Source: Chrysomallon squamiferum
Taxonomy: Eukaryota > Animalia > Mollusca
Direction: 5' to 3'
DNA: 64,000 nt
NCBI GenBank assembly: GCA_012295275.1
Contig: CM022668.1
Span: 7,874,001 to 7,938,000 of the forward strand
Shown here: positions 29,246 to 43,384 of the stretch, one piece after another
How positions within the stretch are numbered: the first letter of the stretch is position 1
How the letters are laid out: every line of letters starts with the position of its first letter
Notes under the pieces: generated by a model
What the model saw: the letters and a program-made list of their open reading frames with translations, nothing else
Told to the model about the DNA's origin: nothing
Database searches by the model: none
Made by a program: the position numbers and the translations under genes

Positions 29246-30788
29246 TGATTAAAACTGATCAGAAGAAGACTTAAGCTATCCTCCCCCCACCACACACGTA
29301 CACACACCAAAAAAATCGTTAAGTTGAAAATCGGTCACTTATTTTCGTCGCTGTTTCTCATTTCGCTTGCTCACTTGACTAACTACGTGTAGAACATCAG
29401 TAGACGGAATCAATCACTGCTTTCTTACATCCACAGCCGACTGACAACAGCGCCCCAACAATAACACGGGGAGGCAACTGCTTCTCGTTTGCCAAAGCCT
29501 CGATTACCCTGGCACGTCGAAACGGCAGAGTGGCGTGATTTGCGCGTTACCCTTGCGAATAATAACTCTTCGCTGCTGCTTTTGTTGGCAACGCGCGCAA
29601 TGCACGGCGGACAGGCGCTGACAAAAGGCACATGTGAAAATTGATGGCAGACGTTTATTCCGACATTAATGAAAAACAAACTGAGTGTATCCCGGCAGAG
29701 TCTGATAGTTTGGGTTCAGGTAAAACAGAGCCAGGGAATGCGTGTCAGTTGTTTTCTTTGAGGGGCATGTTTTCTTTCTCGTCCTTTATTGTGTTAATTT
29801 GTTCAAGCATACTGAATGCTGCAAGTACTACTACCACTGCAGCTACTACGTTTACAATTACGTTAGTACTGTCACAGCTGCTACAGTAACACTTCTGTTT
29901 TGATATTACTACAACATCAACTGCTACCACTACTTTAATGTTCATTCTCGTCATGCTCCTATACCATTATTACCATCATCAAAACCATGTTTATTTTTGC
30001 AAACTACTGCTATACCACAACTGCCATAGCTACTGCTACCACCACCTCTACTACTACTACATGCTACTGCTACTTTTTTTATTATTATATTATTATTATT
30101 ATTATTATTATTGTTATTATTATTATTATTATTATTACTACCACTACCATGTTTGAGATGAACATACAGAGAAAAGGATATACCAAAAACAGTATCTCAT
30201 TGTTCATTGCTCTTCCAGAAAGAAAAGAAAGAAAAGAAAGAAAGAAAGAAAGAAAGAAAATAATGATAACAATAGAAAAAAGAAAAAAAAAAAAAAAAAA
30301 AAGCACTTCAGGAAACAAAAGAGTCAGATCGTATTAAGGAATACAGATCACATCTCACATTAGTTACTATTTCAGTTACTGTTTTCTAAGTATCAGTTTA
30401 ATTAGAAATAGTACACAGTGAAAATCTATGATGCAGTGTATCACTAGTTATTACTTACACTACTGCTACTGCAACGTCTCTTACTGTTGGAGCAGCTGCA
30501 GCAACAACTTAACAACAACAATTTCTGCAGCAACAACTTAACAACAACAAGTTCTACAGTAACTGACAGAAACACTACATTTAACAGCACCGTTACTACT
30601 ACAACTGTTAACACGATTGCCAATATGACTAAGTGTTGTTGCTGCTGTTGTTATCATTATTACTGTTGTTATTTTAAAAATACGGAAGTTCCGCTACTGA
30701 TTAATAAATACAAATATTGACCTGTTTGTCTTGCCACGCAAACCTGAAAGTTAATGTATCGTGTTGGAGAAAAACTCTATTGTCATTT

Positions 30789-30904
<116 letters not shown>

Positions 30905-31998
30905 GAGATAAAAAACGTTGCTCTGTAATATGACTCCTGTTTTACGTCTAGCAGCATGACATCCGATCTTTCAATCATCGAGCAATCCTAAATCTGTCCC
31001 AATTAGCAGCTGCGACCAAGCGTAAACAAACCCTGTCAATATTCGTCCACAAAACTTAGCAATTTATCATTTTAGATTTTCCCTGCAACGATAAATATTC
31101 AATCATTTCATATTAGTAGGTCAATATTTTAGCACGGATTAATAAATATCCGCGGACTTAAATTCTCTTTCAGTTAATGTTGACCAAGATCCGATGCATC
31201 GCTTGGCGATTTGAACAATCGACAAAACCGCGAGAGATGAAGAAAGTAATAACACCGAATCCCCTATTGCTGCTACGCTGAAATATTTAGTGAAAGCAAA
31301 CGAAGATGTACCAGTTTATTTTTATTTTAACGATTAGTAAGCGTGATTCAGCAAAATGGTATAAATGAAGAGGTCTCAGATCTCACTTCACGTATCTTGA
31401 TAAACAGTGAAACACAAGTAAAGTGGTTTTGTTTTCTGACTTGATTTGACGTTTAACGTGTATACTGAGCTTTCATTTGTCTCCGTTCTTCTTTCTCTCT
31501 ATTTGTTTTCATGTGGATCATTATTTTCATAATGATCGCACTCGTTTTCATCATCATCATCATCAGCAACATCATCATTATTATTATGATGTTATTGTGA
31601 TGTTATTTTAATAACAGTAAAGTAACTAGTAATAGTAGTTGTAGAAATATTTGTTTTCGAAAATCAGTAGTAAAAGTGGTTTTAGTAGCAGAAATAGTAG
31701 TATTAAAATGTTGTGGTACTAGTAAAAATAGTAGTAGTAGTAGTAGTGGCAGTAACAAAACAATAATAATAGTTGTAATAACTGTAGAATTTTTTTTTAT
31801 AAATCAAACATAAAAATGAAAGGAAGAAAATTATAACACAAAGAAAAATTATACTTTTTTAAGAAGAAGCAATAAAAAAAAAAAAAAAAACTAATAATAA
31901 TTTAAAAAAATGAAGAGGCAAATAAATAAATTTAAAAAAGAAGAAAAGATCAATAAAAATAAACAGGATTAATAAAATATATATATAATTAAAAAAAA

Positions 31999-32062
<64 letters not shown>

Positions 32063-32152
32063 GAATAAATAAATAAATAAATAAAAAGAAGAAGAAGAAA
32101 AGAAATAATCTGAACTTTTTTTATTAAAAAAGAAGAGAAAAAAATAGATCTG

Positions 32153-32166
32153 GTTGTCATGGAAAC
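32153..32166. promoter_or_regulatory. RFX X-box-like motif GTTGTCATGGAAAC
   Basis: Close match to GTTNCCATGGNAAC at the edge of a complex island. Confidence 0.35.
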
Positions 32167-32403
32167 GACACGTCTGGAACAATCACAAATGATTTGTTTG
32201 TCTCTATCTTAACTTGATTGCTATGGATTAAAGTTCTGTTTCGAGGCGACTAATTTCCTACGTCAAGTCACGTCGCTGAACGAAAGTTCTCGAATTACCA
32301 CGGAACTCTAGCATCGCTCAAACAGCAGCTCAGTGTCGTCATTTAGACTTGAAATCACCGAGATCAAACCTCTTTACCCGCTTCTAGTATTCCACCAACG
32401 ATC

Positions 32404-32474
<71 letters not shown>

Positions 32475-32479
32475 CAAAT

Positions 32480-32567
32480 ATTAACCAACAGAGTGATGGG
32501 TACAGAATCTAGATGATTAATGAGGCTTTGGTGCAGGCCACTCATGCTTGAACTTTCAAGGAATGCA
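32480..32567 (+). mobile_element. Possible decayed CR1/L2-type LINE ORF2 C-terminal remnant
   Basis: Frameshifted translation LTNRVMGT... / EALVQATHA*TFKE resembles the FxNRVVxxWNxLPxxVVxAxxxxxFK ending of CR1 ORF2. Confidence 0.3.
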
Positions 32568-32627
32568 ATCACTTTTAAAATGATTCGTTGATATGTAGCA
32601 ATCTTGCAGTGGTATCATTTATGTGTA

Positions 32628-32688
<61 letters not shown>

Positions 32689-32730
32689 ATATCTATAACT
32701 ATATATATCTATATATCTATATCCATATAC

Positions 32731-32763
<33 letters not shown>

Positions 32764-33610
32764 AGTTTGAGTTCGTGTATATCCATCCATACATACAAAC
32801 ATATATTCATGGCGTGTGTATATGCACGTATAAGTTTGATTGCATAATTATACATGTAATATAAACATGTATGTAATTATAACACGTTACAAGTTCGTGT
32901 GTGAGTGCATACTGCCATTTATATTCAGAGAAAACACATTTAGCTTATATTCAAACATACACTCACACACACACACACACACACATACACACACACATAC
33001 ACACATACACACACTCACACATATATACACAGACACATACTATCGTAAATGTTATTTTTGTATAATTGTATATGTGGGTGTTAGTTTATGTGCATATATA
33101 TACACACAAACACGCATATATGCGTACTGACTGTAATATGAAACATTCATATACACATGTGTACATGACTCACACACATTCACACATACTGTCTCACACA
33201 TACACAGAGACACACATAAACCCTGCATTTAAAACAAAATATGAACAGATTGTACAGTTTGAGATTCAGTCAAGTTAAACCACTCGTCACATGTTTTGCC
33301 TTGGCTAACGTGACAACCTTCTTGTTGTGTTAAATGTTCTGTCCTGTTACGCGATATACATTTAACTCTTCCAACGGCTCATCTCTCGTTTCACTTTAAA
33401 ATTTGATAACAGAATGAATATATAAAACACCGAAAAGAAGAGAAAGAAGGAAAGAAATAGACAGAGTTTTATATAAAAGAAATAAAACGAAACGAAAGAT
33501 AAGAAGAAAAAAAAGAATTCATTTTTGGAAAAGTACTATAAAGGAAAAGAAACAAAATATATTTTATAAAAAAAAAATATATATAAAATTAAAAGTTTGA
33601 GAAAGGGATA

Positions 33611-33697
<87 letters not shown>

Positions 33698-34433
33698 CAA
33701 AAGAAACGAAAAAAAACGTATAAAGGGAAAAGAGTGAATGAATCTGAGGTAAAAAAAGAAATTTTAAAAAGAAATTAAAAAATTTTATATATAAAAAAAC
33801 ATTTAGAAAAACGAACAAGAAAAAAAAAATTAATAAAAAAAGAAGAAGAAGAAGAAGCTATCCATGTGGAGGAATTCTTTTATGATTGCGTCACAAAAAG
33901 AAAGAAAAAAAAAAGCTGACAGGATGTCATCATGTACACAGCTGATAATATGTTTCACTGGTGACTGTCATTTTATCCAGCGGTGAAAAACAGAAATAAA
34001 ATATCTATCCTATTTGATAAAGGTCAAACCTGGGCTGTTTAACAGGGTTCAGCGCGAAAAGCACGTGTCAGGCTAACCTGGCCGGGTTCCACTAGCGATA
34101 CCCCGGCGAGCTTTGTGAAATGAACAAGTTTAACATCCTTGGTAACAGTAAAATGTAAAAAATATTTATAAATAAAAAAAAAAAAAAAAAAAAAATCTAA
34201 TAAAAAATGTGGGGAAAGACATTAACGGTGAAATTAAGAACAGGAAAATCGTAAAAAAAAAAAAAAAAAAAAATGATAAATTGAAAAAAAATGTAACAGT
34301 ATAATAATGGCTGCTGGTTGATCTTGATTTTATTATTTTATACTGGTGGGTGGTTTTTTTTTGTTGTTCTTTTGGGTGGAAGAATTTATAGTTAAAAGAA
34401 TTAGCAATTTACAGATGTGTGTGCAGGCGTGTG

Positions 34434-34471
<38 letters not shown>

Positions 34472-34534
34472 TTTGGATGTGCGTTTGTATGTAGTATATA
34501 TGTAAATATATATATAAATATGCGTGTATGTATG

Positions 34535-34571
<37 letters not shown>

Positions 34572-34689
34572 GTTTGTGTTTGTGAATTTAGTAGGTGTGT
34601 GCATGAATGCGTGCGTATCTGTTTGTGAATGCAATAGCTGTGTCGTGTATGTGTGTATGAATTTTTCTGTGAATGTATGTGTATGTAAG

Positions 34690-35430
34690 GTGTGTAGTGT
34701 ATATGGGTGAATGTGTGAGGATGTGTGTGTAGTATATATATGTATGTGTGTGTGTGTGTGTAGTATATATATGTGTGTGTGTGTGTAGTATATATGTGTA
34801 TGTGGGTTATTGTGTATGTAGTATATATATGTGTATGTGGGTGATTGTGAGTATAGTATATATGTGTATGTGGGTGATTGTGTATGTAGTATATATATGT
34901 ATGTGTGTGTGTGTGTAGTATATATGTGTATGTGGATGATTGTGTGTATAGTATATATGTGTATGTGGATGATTGTGTGTGTGTGTGTGTGTAGTATATA
35001 TGTATATGTGGATGATTATTGTGTGTAGTATATATATATGTGTGTGTGTGGGTGTATATATGTGTGTGTGGGTGATTGTGTATGTAGTATATATGTGTAT
35101 GTGGGTGATTGTGTATGTAGTATATATGTATGTGTGTGTATATGTAGTATATATGTGTATGTGGGTGATTATGTATGTAGTATATATATATGTATGTGTG
35201 TGTGTGTGTAGTATATATGTGTATGTGGGTGATTGTGTATGTAGTATATATGTGTATGTGGGTGATTGTGTATGTAGTATATATGTGTATGTGGGTGATT
35301 GTGTGTGTAGTATATATATGTGTGTGTGTGAATGTGTAGTATATATGTGTATGTGGGTGATTATGTATGTAGTATATATATGTATGTGTGTGTATGTGTA
35401 GTATATATGTGTATGTGGGTGATTGTGTGC
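34690..35430. repeat. ~33-bp minisatellite derived from TG/TA microsatellite (gtagtatatatgtgtatgtgggtgattgtgtat)
   Basis: Period 33 between 35208, 35241 and 35274, with variable TG tract length elsewhere. Confidence 0.9.
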
Positions 35431-35946
35431 TGTGGTGGGTGTATGAGTCAATGTATATGAGGATGTGAGTGTTGTGTGTGTGTAAATCTGTATGTCTCTG
35501 TGTGTTTATGAAAATATATATATTAACGACAGCGACAGTAACAGTAACTGAAGTGAAGTGGACACTAACAAGAACAACGACAACGAATACAAAAATATTA
35601 ATAACAATTACAACACCGGCAAAACAAAACTACTACATCAACAGCAGCAACAGTAACAAAAATAATATAATAATAATAATAAAACAACAACAGTGTTACT
35701 AATAGTGGTAGTAACAACGATGATGATGATTATTGCGACGACAAGGATTTAATGCAGCTACTCTCAGTAAAAGTGTTTTCGACTTTCAATTTTTTTTTAA
35801 ATCTTTAAATTTTTTTTTTTTTTTTTTTTTTCTTTTTTTTTTCCTTTTTCTTTTTCTGTCTTTTTTTTTTTTTTTTTTTTTGATTAGGAGATTTATTTAT
35901 CTTTCTTTCTTTTTTCTTACTTTTTTCTTTATTTCTTTCTTTCCTC

Positions 35947-35978
<32 letters not shown>

Positions 35979-36376
35979 ACATATTTATTTATTCATTGCA
36001 AATAATCTATAGCCAGGCTTTCAAGAATATTTGACTAAACCACAGAAGCGAGAAACGCAAGCGAACCTGAAAGAGAATAAACTGGAAAACAAAACAATCA
36101 ATAAACAATCTTTTACTTAATCACTCCGATTCCTTGTCACGTGACAACGGAAACGCTGACTCCATTTATTTTGTACCTTATTTTTTATCCGCTTTACTTA
36201 CTTTCTTAAGCTGAAGAGTTGGAAGACGTCAGAAAACTCAATTATGAAATATCGCTTCCCGATTCTGTTTTGCGGCTGAGTTATTTATGAAACGAGGAAG
36301 TGTTTAGATCGATTAATTCGTTTAAGCGAGATCACCGGGCCCACCGCGGCAGATAAATCTAGGAAATCGATTGCGC

Positions 36377-36390
36377 GCGCCATCTGTCCT
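36377..36390 (-). promoter_or_regulatory. CTCF-like motif (AGGACAGATGGCGC)
   Basis: Same ACAGATGGCGC core as the motif at 15218. Confidence 0.4.
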
Positions 36391-37488
36391 ATTAGCCAGA
36401 GTTACCTTATCTTTTTTTTTTTTTTAATTTTTTTCTTTCTTTCTTTCTTTCTTTCTTTACTTACTTGTTTGGTTAATTATTTAAATTTTGATATAATCAC
36501 ATTCTTGACTTTTCTTTTCTTTTAATTTTTTTTTTTTATTTCTTACTAATATCATTATTTTTCTCATCATCATAATCACGATCATGATCATCGATATCAT
36601 CATCAACATCATCATCACCACCATCACCACAATTATCACCACCGTTACTACCACCATCATAATCGTCATCATCATCATCATCATCATCTTCATCATTATT
36701 ATTCTGTTGTTTTAGGTGGGCTTTTTTTGTGTTACTGTTGTTGCTGTTATTATTACTATTTGTTCTTGTTATCATTATTATCACTGTATTGTAGATTTGG
36801 TTCATTACAAATACTGTTGATATATATTGACCAAATCACAGTTTTATTACAGGTGTTAAACTTATAAATATCATTTTTAAAATATCTGCGGTTTAACGGA
36901 TTGCGACATACCTTGTTGCTTTATTAGTGGTTATTTCAAGGGTGTACTGTAGCTGGTCATGCAGTAACACGATACACCAATTTGTTCTGTTTGTGCCGCT
37001 TGAGCGAGTAGGTTTCGTTTCTTCTTTCTTTTCTTTTATTCTCCTTCTTCTTTTATATATATATACACACATACAGACACACAGACATACACATACATCT
37101 TCTTTTTTTTCTTCTAAAACGACTTCAAAGAGAAAGGTCATATAACTAAGATTTAATCATTTGACGCTTAAGTCGTGTTTTGACTATGAAACCAGGTTCA
37201 AAATCTGGTGTTCTCATTTATACATAGTGGTGGTAGCTGTAGTAGAAGTAATAATAGTATCAGGAGTAATAATAGTGATAGGAGTTGTCGAGTAGAGGTA
37301 GTAGTAGTAGTAGTAGCAGAAGCAATAAAAGCAGCAATAGTTATCCAGCAATAGTTTTAACAGTTGTTGTAGCAGAAATAGTAGTAGCAGATGTTGTTGT
37401 TACATTGGAAGTAGCAGTAGTAATTGTAGCTGTAATAATAGTGATCCATAGATAGACATATAAAGAGAGAGGATGAGAGAGAGAAAGT

Positions 37489-37622
<134 letters not shown>

Positions 37623-38402
37623 ATAAAAAAAGGAAAAAAAAAAAAAAAAATAACACACCGTCACTCGTAATTCACTAAAAACCGTCTTTGGCACATTTAC
37701 AGTTATTGGCTCCGTTCCTCTTTTTTTAAATTTTATTTCAGTTAATTATGTGTCACGAAGGTAAAGCAAAACATTAATAAATTAACTGTCAGCAACAGAA
37801 ACATAAACAAGAAAAACATTTAAAAATCATTATGTAAATAATAAAAACAAAACACTGTTCAACCCGCCCATGAAAAAGCAACTATAATTAATTATTTTGA
37901 TGATAATTATGATGGTCATAAAAAAACAGTGACAATAAAAAAAAATAATAATAATGTCAATTATAATTAGTTTTGAGATGATGATGGTAATGATGATGGT
38001 AATGATGATGATGATGATGATGATATCTATGATGAAATATGATCAAAGAAGAAAAGAATGTAACAAAAATAAATAAGTACATAAATAAATAAATAAATGT
38101 AACTGCTACTAATCATCATCATCATCATCATCACAACAACAGCAACAACAATACCAAATCTGTTTTAAAATCCCACATCTAATTCTGCTAAAGGGTTTCT
38201 ATTATGAGAATTTCCTTGTTCCAGAAATATCGTAAATTATGAGTAATTAAGTTGAATCATGTTGTGATGTCATGAAATGTCGCCACAGCCCATAAACAGC
38301 GTATCTAGTTACTTGAGCTAGACAAAAGTACAACGTGTAATATTCCACTTAACTGATTTCTTTCTGGGACAGGCGCATTATGAAAAGAAAGAGACAAACA
38401 CG

Positions 38403-38477
38403 CCTTGGACGCATTTGGCTACGAAAACATATGTGTAAAAATTAATATCGAAAATGCATGTTGGTATAATTAAATTG
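38403..38477 (+). repeat. 75-bp dispersed repeat, copy 1
   Basis: Differs from 43310-43384 at 4 positions. Confidence 0.9.
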
Positions 38478-38723
38478 TAAATAGATTTCGATCTAAGTGT
38501 CCTTTTATTATATAATAATATGTTAATTATTCATAACATTTTATCGATTTCGTTTTAAAATGTATACTCTAATAACTGAGTATATTTTTATTTCTTATTT
38601 ATGTAGAAAAACAATGATTTTTTACAGAATGTAAAATATATTAGGTAGCGTAACATTGATTTACCTAATGGCATAAAAAAAATTAAAGATATATGGATAA
38701 ACAGATAGATAGAGAGATAAATG

Positions 38724-38826
<103 letters not shown>

Positions 38827-39767
38827 CAGTAAACCGGACTATGGAACCTTCAACCTTCCAGTCCAGTAAGACAAACTGGATCATAGAGTTTCCTACACCA
38901 GCAAGGTACATATGTACCTGACGTAACAATAACACATCTGGATAAAGGCAACATGATGTTCGCTATCCAACGTACCTTTATACAAATAAAGTGAATTATT
39001 GTATCTACAGTGCCAGTGAGATCCACTTTATACATGGTACTTTTGAGCCAGTGGAGAAGAATGAATCACGTTGGTTTTTGTACCATTGTTGTTTGCATTG
39101 TACTTTATACGTTTTATTTGATGGATTGCGATACAGTGTATGGGAATCGGTTATAGTTAGATAAACTAAATAAAAATTAGCGATTAAATCATTTTGATTT
39201 TTTGAAATAACATTGCACTATTAGAATCGGTTCACGGTCGAAGAACTGAGGCGGAGAGACCAATATTGATAAAGAAACATCTGCAACATCGAGATAACAA
39301 CAAAACTTGTTTTTTCAATCAATACGTAAGTTCCGCAGTGTGTTTTCTTTTTATTTGTTCAGTTTTATTACAACAGTCGTTTCAGCCTATGTTATTGTTG
39401 TTGTTATTACAAAAATAAAAATTCAGTTATTGATTCTATTGTTGTTGTAGCTGTCGTTGTTGTTGTCATAAAAACATCATCCGATACTGGAATTTAGTAA
39501 TTTAAGTAGTGCTAGCAGTAGCTGGTGTTGTTGTGGTAGTTATAGTAGAAGTAGTAGTAATAATAACAATATTGATGTGTGTCTCGTTTGGTGTTTATGT
39601 GTATTGTTTATTATTCTTGGTGCTTCTAATTTGATGTGATGTGTGTGTGCGTGCGTGCGTGTGTCTGTATGTGTTTCTTGCAGTCTTTGTCCGTAGAGGT
39701 ACTAGCACATTTTATAGGTTTTTAGAACGGATCTATATTCACTTTGAACATTTTTTTATTATTTACT

Positions 39768-39810
<43 letters not shown>

Positions 39811-40616
39811 TTGTCTGCGTATAAATAAGGCGTATAAGAAGATATATATCCATTTTATTGAAATATGCCTGTCAGTAACATAATCTGAATTTTCTTATTT
39901 ATTTTAAAAGTGCAATTAAAGGACTAATTGCTGTATGCAGATGCGAGTAACCCATGTGGATATTTTTAAAAAAGAGTACACATCAGCTGGTGTAATTAAA
40001 GCTTGCTGACCCATTTCTAGTCATTGTTTCTTTTCTTCTTTTAAAAAAAAAAACGTGATGCATTTTCTACTTTTTTTTTTTTATGGAAAACTGTAACAAT
40101 AAATGAGCTCTATGTCATTTCGTGGAATCCCAAGGGCATTTTAACACGGTGAAACATTAAAAATCCTTCATTTGACACACAAACAGAACGAAAATGAAAA
40201 ACAAACGCGGTAATTGATTCGCGAAAAGGAATGCACTTTTGTATCCCAGATTTATGACCGGTTCCCTGGAATAAACTGCGCCATTAATGAACCGAATGAC
40301 AGTGCACGATGCAAACATGACCTAATATCGGTTAATGGCCTCTTATTTCCGGTAATGAGGATACGTTCAAAGTTTTTAATTCTGTCGTCTGCCGACAGCA
40401 TCCTTTTTAATCGACTGCTTCATCAATTATTTGAGAGCTTAACGCCAAGACTGTTAATGTGTGAGAATTCTGCTGCAGTTATCAGCAGATACTCTTGTTA
40501 AAAACACGAATTGATTTTAGACTCCGATTATTATTTTTAAAAATACAGTGGAAAGAGAGATATTTCATATCGATCGCAGGACTGCAAAATATGGTCTTTC
40601 TCTCTCTTTCCTCATC

Positions 40617-40666
<50 letters not shown>

Positions 40667-40944
40667 GTTTAAAGAAAAAAAAACATATCGATCCTAAGAC
40701 TGCAAAATATTGTGTTTTTCTCTCGTTTTTGTCAGAGTGTTTTTTTCTCGAATAATCCATAAGGAAAAAGACATGGAAAAAATTTAGTAAGGGAAAAAAA
40801 TAGGAAGAGGAAATGCTGGTTAAATAGAAAGGTTTTTTTGGTTGGGAGGGAGCTTTTCTCTATAGGCTTTTCCTCAAGGGATAGGTAGGAATTTTCTTTT
40901 TCACCTTGTTGTTATTACTATCAATATGATTATGTTGTTGTTGT

Positions 40945-40993
<49 letters not shown>

Positions 40994-41533
40994 GCTACTG
41001 TTATTATTATTATTTATATTATTATTATTATTATTATTATTTTATTTTATTATTATTTTTTTTTTATTATTATTGTCGTTGTTATTCCTATCAATATCAT
41101 TATGTTATTGTTGTTGTTGTTGTTGTTGTTATAATGTTTGTTGTACTTGTTGTGGCCTAGCTGATGTCATCACTTTTATAACTGAAATAAACGAACCAAC
41201 TCATACTATACACTCACAACATGATATTAAATAACATAGGTTTCGTTTTAATATGCTAGATATTATCATCATTGTTATCCGCATAACAATCATTTCATCA
41301 GTATTATAACAATCATTTCATCAGTCTGCATGCAGACGATGAAAAACGAACAATGCCCATGCGGAACTAATGCGGTTTTCATTCCTCGTTGTAACCATAA
41401 AAAATAATAATGATACAGCATATTACGAAGATACAGTAAAATTGATTGGGTCGTTTTAATAAATGGTGTGTACAACGTGTCAAGCGAAATATGCTTTAAT
41501 TTGCTGCATTTTTGAAATTCCACAGCTGCTGTC

Positions 41534-41620
41534 GTTGAGTTGTGCGAGGATCTGTTTTGGGTTATTAATATTAAATTCACAGACAATGAGAAAAAGACAC
41601 GCCTGAGTGACTCCCTTTGA
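41534..41620 (-). mobile_element. Terminal fragment of a TTAA-target DNA transposon (Kolobok-like), copy 2, inverted
   Basis: Reverse complement matches 11392 onward with 2 mismatches in the first 65 bp. Flank is TTGA instead of TTAA. Confidence 0.6.
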
Positions 41621-43267
41621 CTGTGTGTAATACAAATATATATGTAAATTTAGGCGTGGTCTCTTTACCCTCAGTGCATTACTATTATTATTATTATTAT
41701 TATTGTTGTTGTTGTTGCTGCTGTTGCCATTGTTGTACATTTATTTATGTAATTTTATTCGTTTTATTTTTGATTTGTGTTTGCTGTTGTTGTGTTTGTT
41801 ATTAATATTTTTTTCGTTTTGTTTGTTTGTTGTTGTTTCTTTTTCCTTCTTCTTTGTTTTTTTTTTTCTTTTTCTTTCTGTTTCTTTTTTGTATATTCTG
41901 TTAGTTGTGATTTTTGTTTTATTTTATATCACTGGCACCCTTATTTTTAGTCTCTTATCATTTTGTTCTTATTTTACCTTCTAACTTCATTTTAATTAGA
42001 TGAATTAATGTGTGAATGAATGAACGAACTGAACGAACGAACGAACGAATGAATATTTGCTTAGTGTCAGTCAAGGATATTTCAATACAAACAGATATTA
42101 AATATTACTGTAATAACAGTTAATCTTTCAGTTCACTGTAGTTTACATTCGAAGCTCGAAACTTAATAATCATTGATACAATTTTATTGTTCCCAGTTAC
42201 AACTACTACTACTGCTACTGAATTCTGATATGTACTAAACATCTGATTTTATTACACGTGTTTTTCACGTGAGAATTAAAACAGGTGACTGTTGACAAAG
42301 GAACACTTGTGAACAACGATCGTTCATTCGTTCATTCTGTTGCTTCGCCTTGTCAAACCTGTCATCCAACAATTACACACAAAATAAAAACTGCTGAACG
42401 TAAAAAAAAAAAAAAAAAAGAAGATAGACACTGATGGAGGACTATTCCCTACAGCATCCCAGCCCGTCTGAACGCGATGCAGTGACTGAACCCATTGTGT
42501 CGTCGTGCAGTTGTTGCTGTTGTTTTCTACGATACCGACGCCCTGCCACATCTGCGACGTGCAACACGTTGGCAGCAACGACGCACGCCCTTGAAACAAA
42601 TCAACGGAGCGTTTATTTGTGTTTACACCGGTTTCACTTGTTTATTTAAATGCATTAGAACAAAAGGAAGGCGTCTGATGAAGTTCACTGAACTCCGCGG
42701 TGTCTCTGTCTAATTACACCTGACAACTCGTGCAGCAGGAAATCTGCGGCTGCGGAATTCACGCTCAGTGAGACACGTGCAGATGAAATCACTGGATGGG
42801 AACAAAGGGAATATCATTAAAAATGTGAAACTATCTGTCTACGATTTGAACAAAAAAGTATCATGTTCTAAAATACATGCCAGGATATTCGTTCCTAAAC
42901 AAACACACTAACCAGTGCCAAATATTAATTCACGCAAAAATGACGTAAGACAAAGAACGGCGGTCTTTGTGGAAAGCGATGATTTCCCTTGATTGTTGAG
43001 CAACTTTTGTTGGCTGAATACTGTCCTATGTGTATAAATGTATATATATGTATGTATGTATGTTTATAAGTCCTGCGAGTGAATATTGTCTCTGTGCAGA
43101 GTCTAATCAGTCCTAATATAACAGATACTCACTGTTAAATACATGCAAGCATACATACATACATATGTACATACGTACGTACATACGTACGTACATACAT
43201 ACATACACACATACATAACTTGACTAAACTGTAAACAGACCATTGCAAATATTTATTCAGTATCATT

Positions 43268-43294
43268 CTGACGCTCTAACCACTAGGCTACTCC
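43268..43294 (-). mobile_element. tRNA-derived SINE head remnant (A-box)
   Basis: Minus strand reads GGAGTAGCCTAGTGGTTAGAGCGTCAG. A related TAGTGGTTAGAGCG occurs near 50076. Confidence 0.4.
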
Positions 43295-43309
43295 TTTCTC
43301 CTGAATATA

Positions 43310-43384
43310 CCTTAGACGCATTTGGCTACGAAAACATATGTGTAAAAATTAATATCGAAAATGTATATTGATATAATTAAATTG
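43310..43384 (+). repeat. 75-bp dispersed repeat, copy 2, abutting the 56-bp satellite
   Basis: Direct repeat of 38403-38477. Confidence 0.9.

Noticed and set aside
34807-35451. 214-aa His/Thr/Tyr-rich ORF
   Set aside because: Translation of the 33-bp TG/TA-derived minisatellite.
42676-42700. CTGATGA followed by the hairpin AGTTCA-C-TGAACT (hammerhead-like start)
   Set aside because: No GAAA box after the stem.
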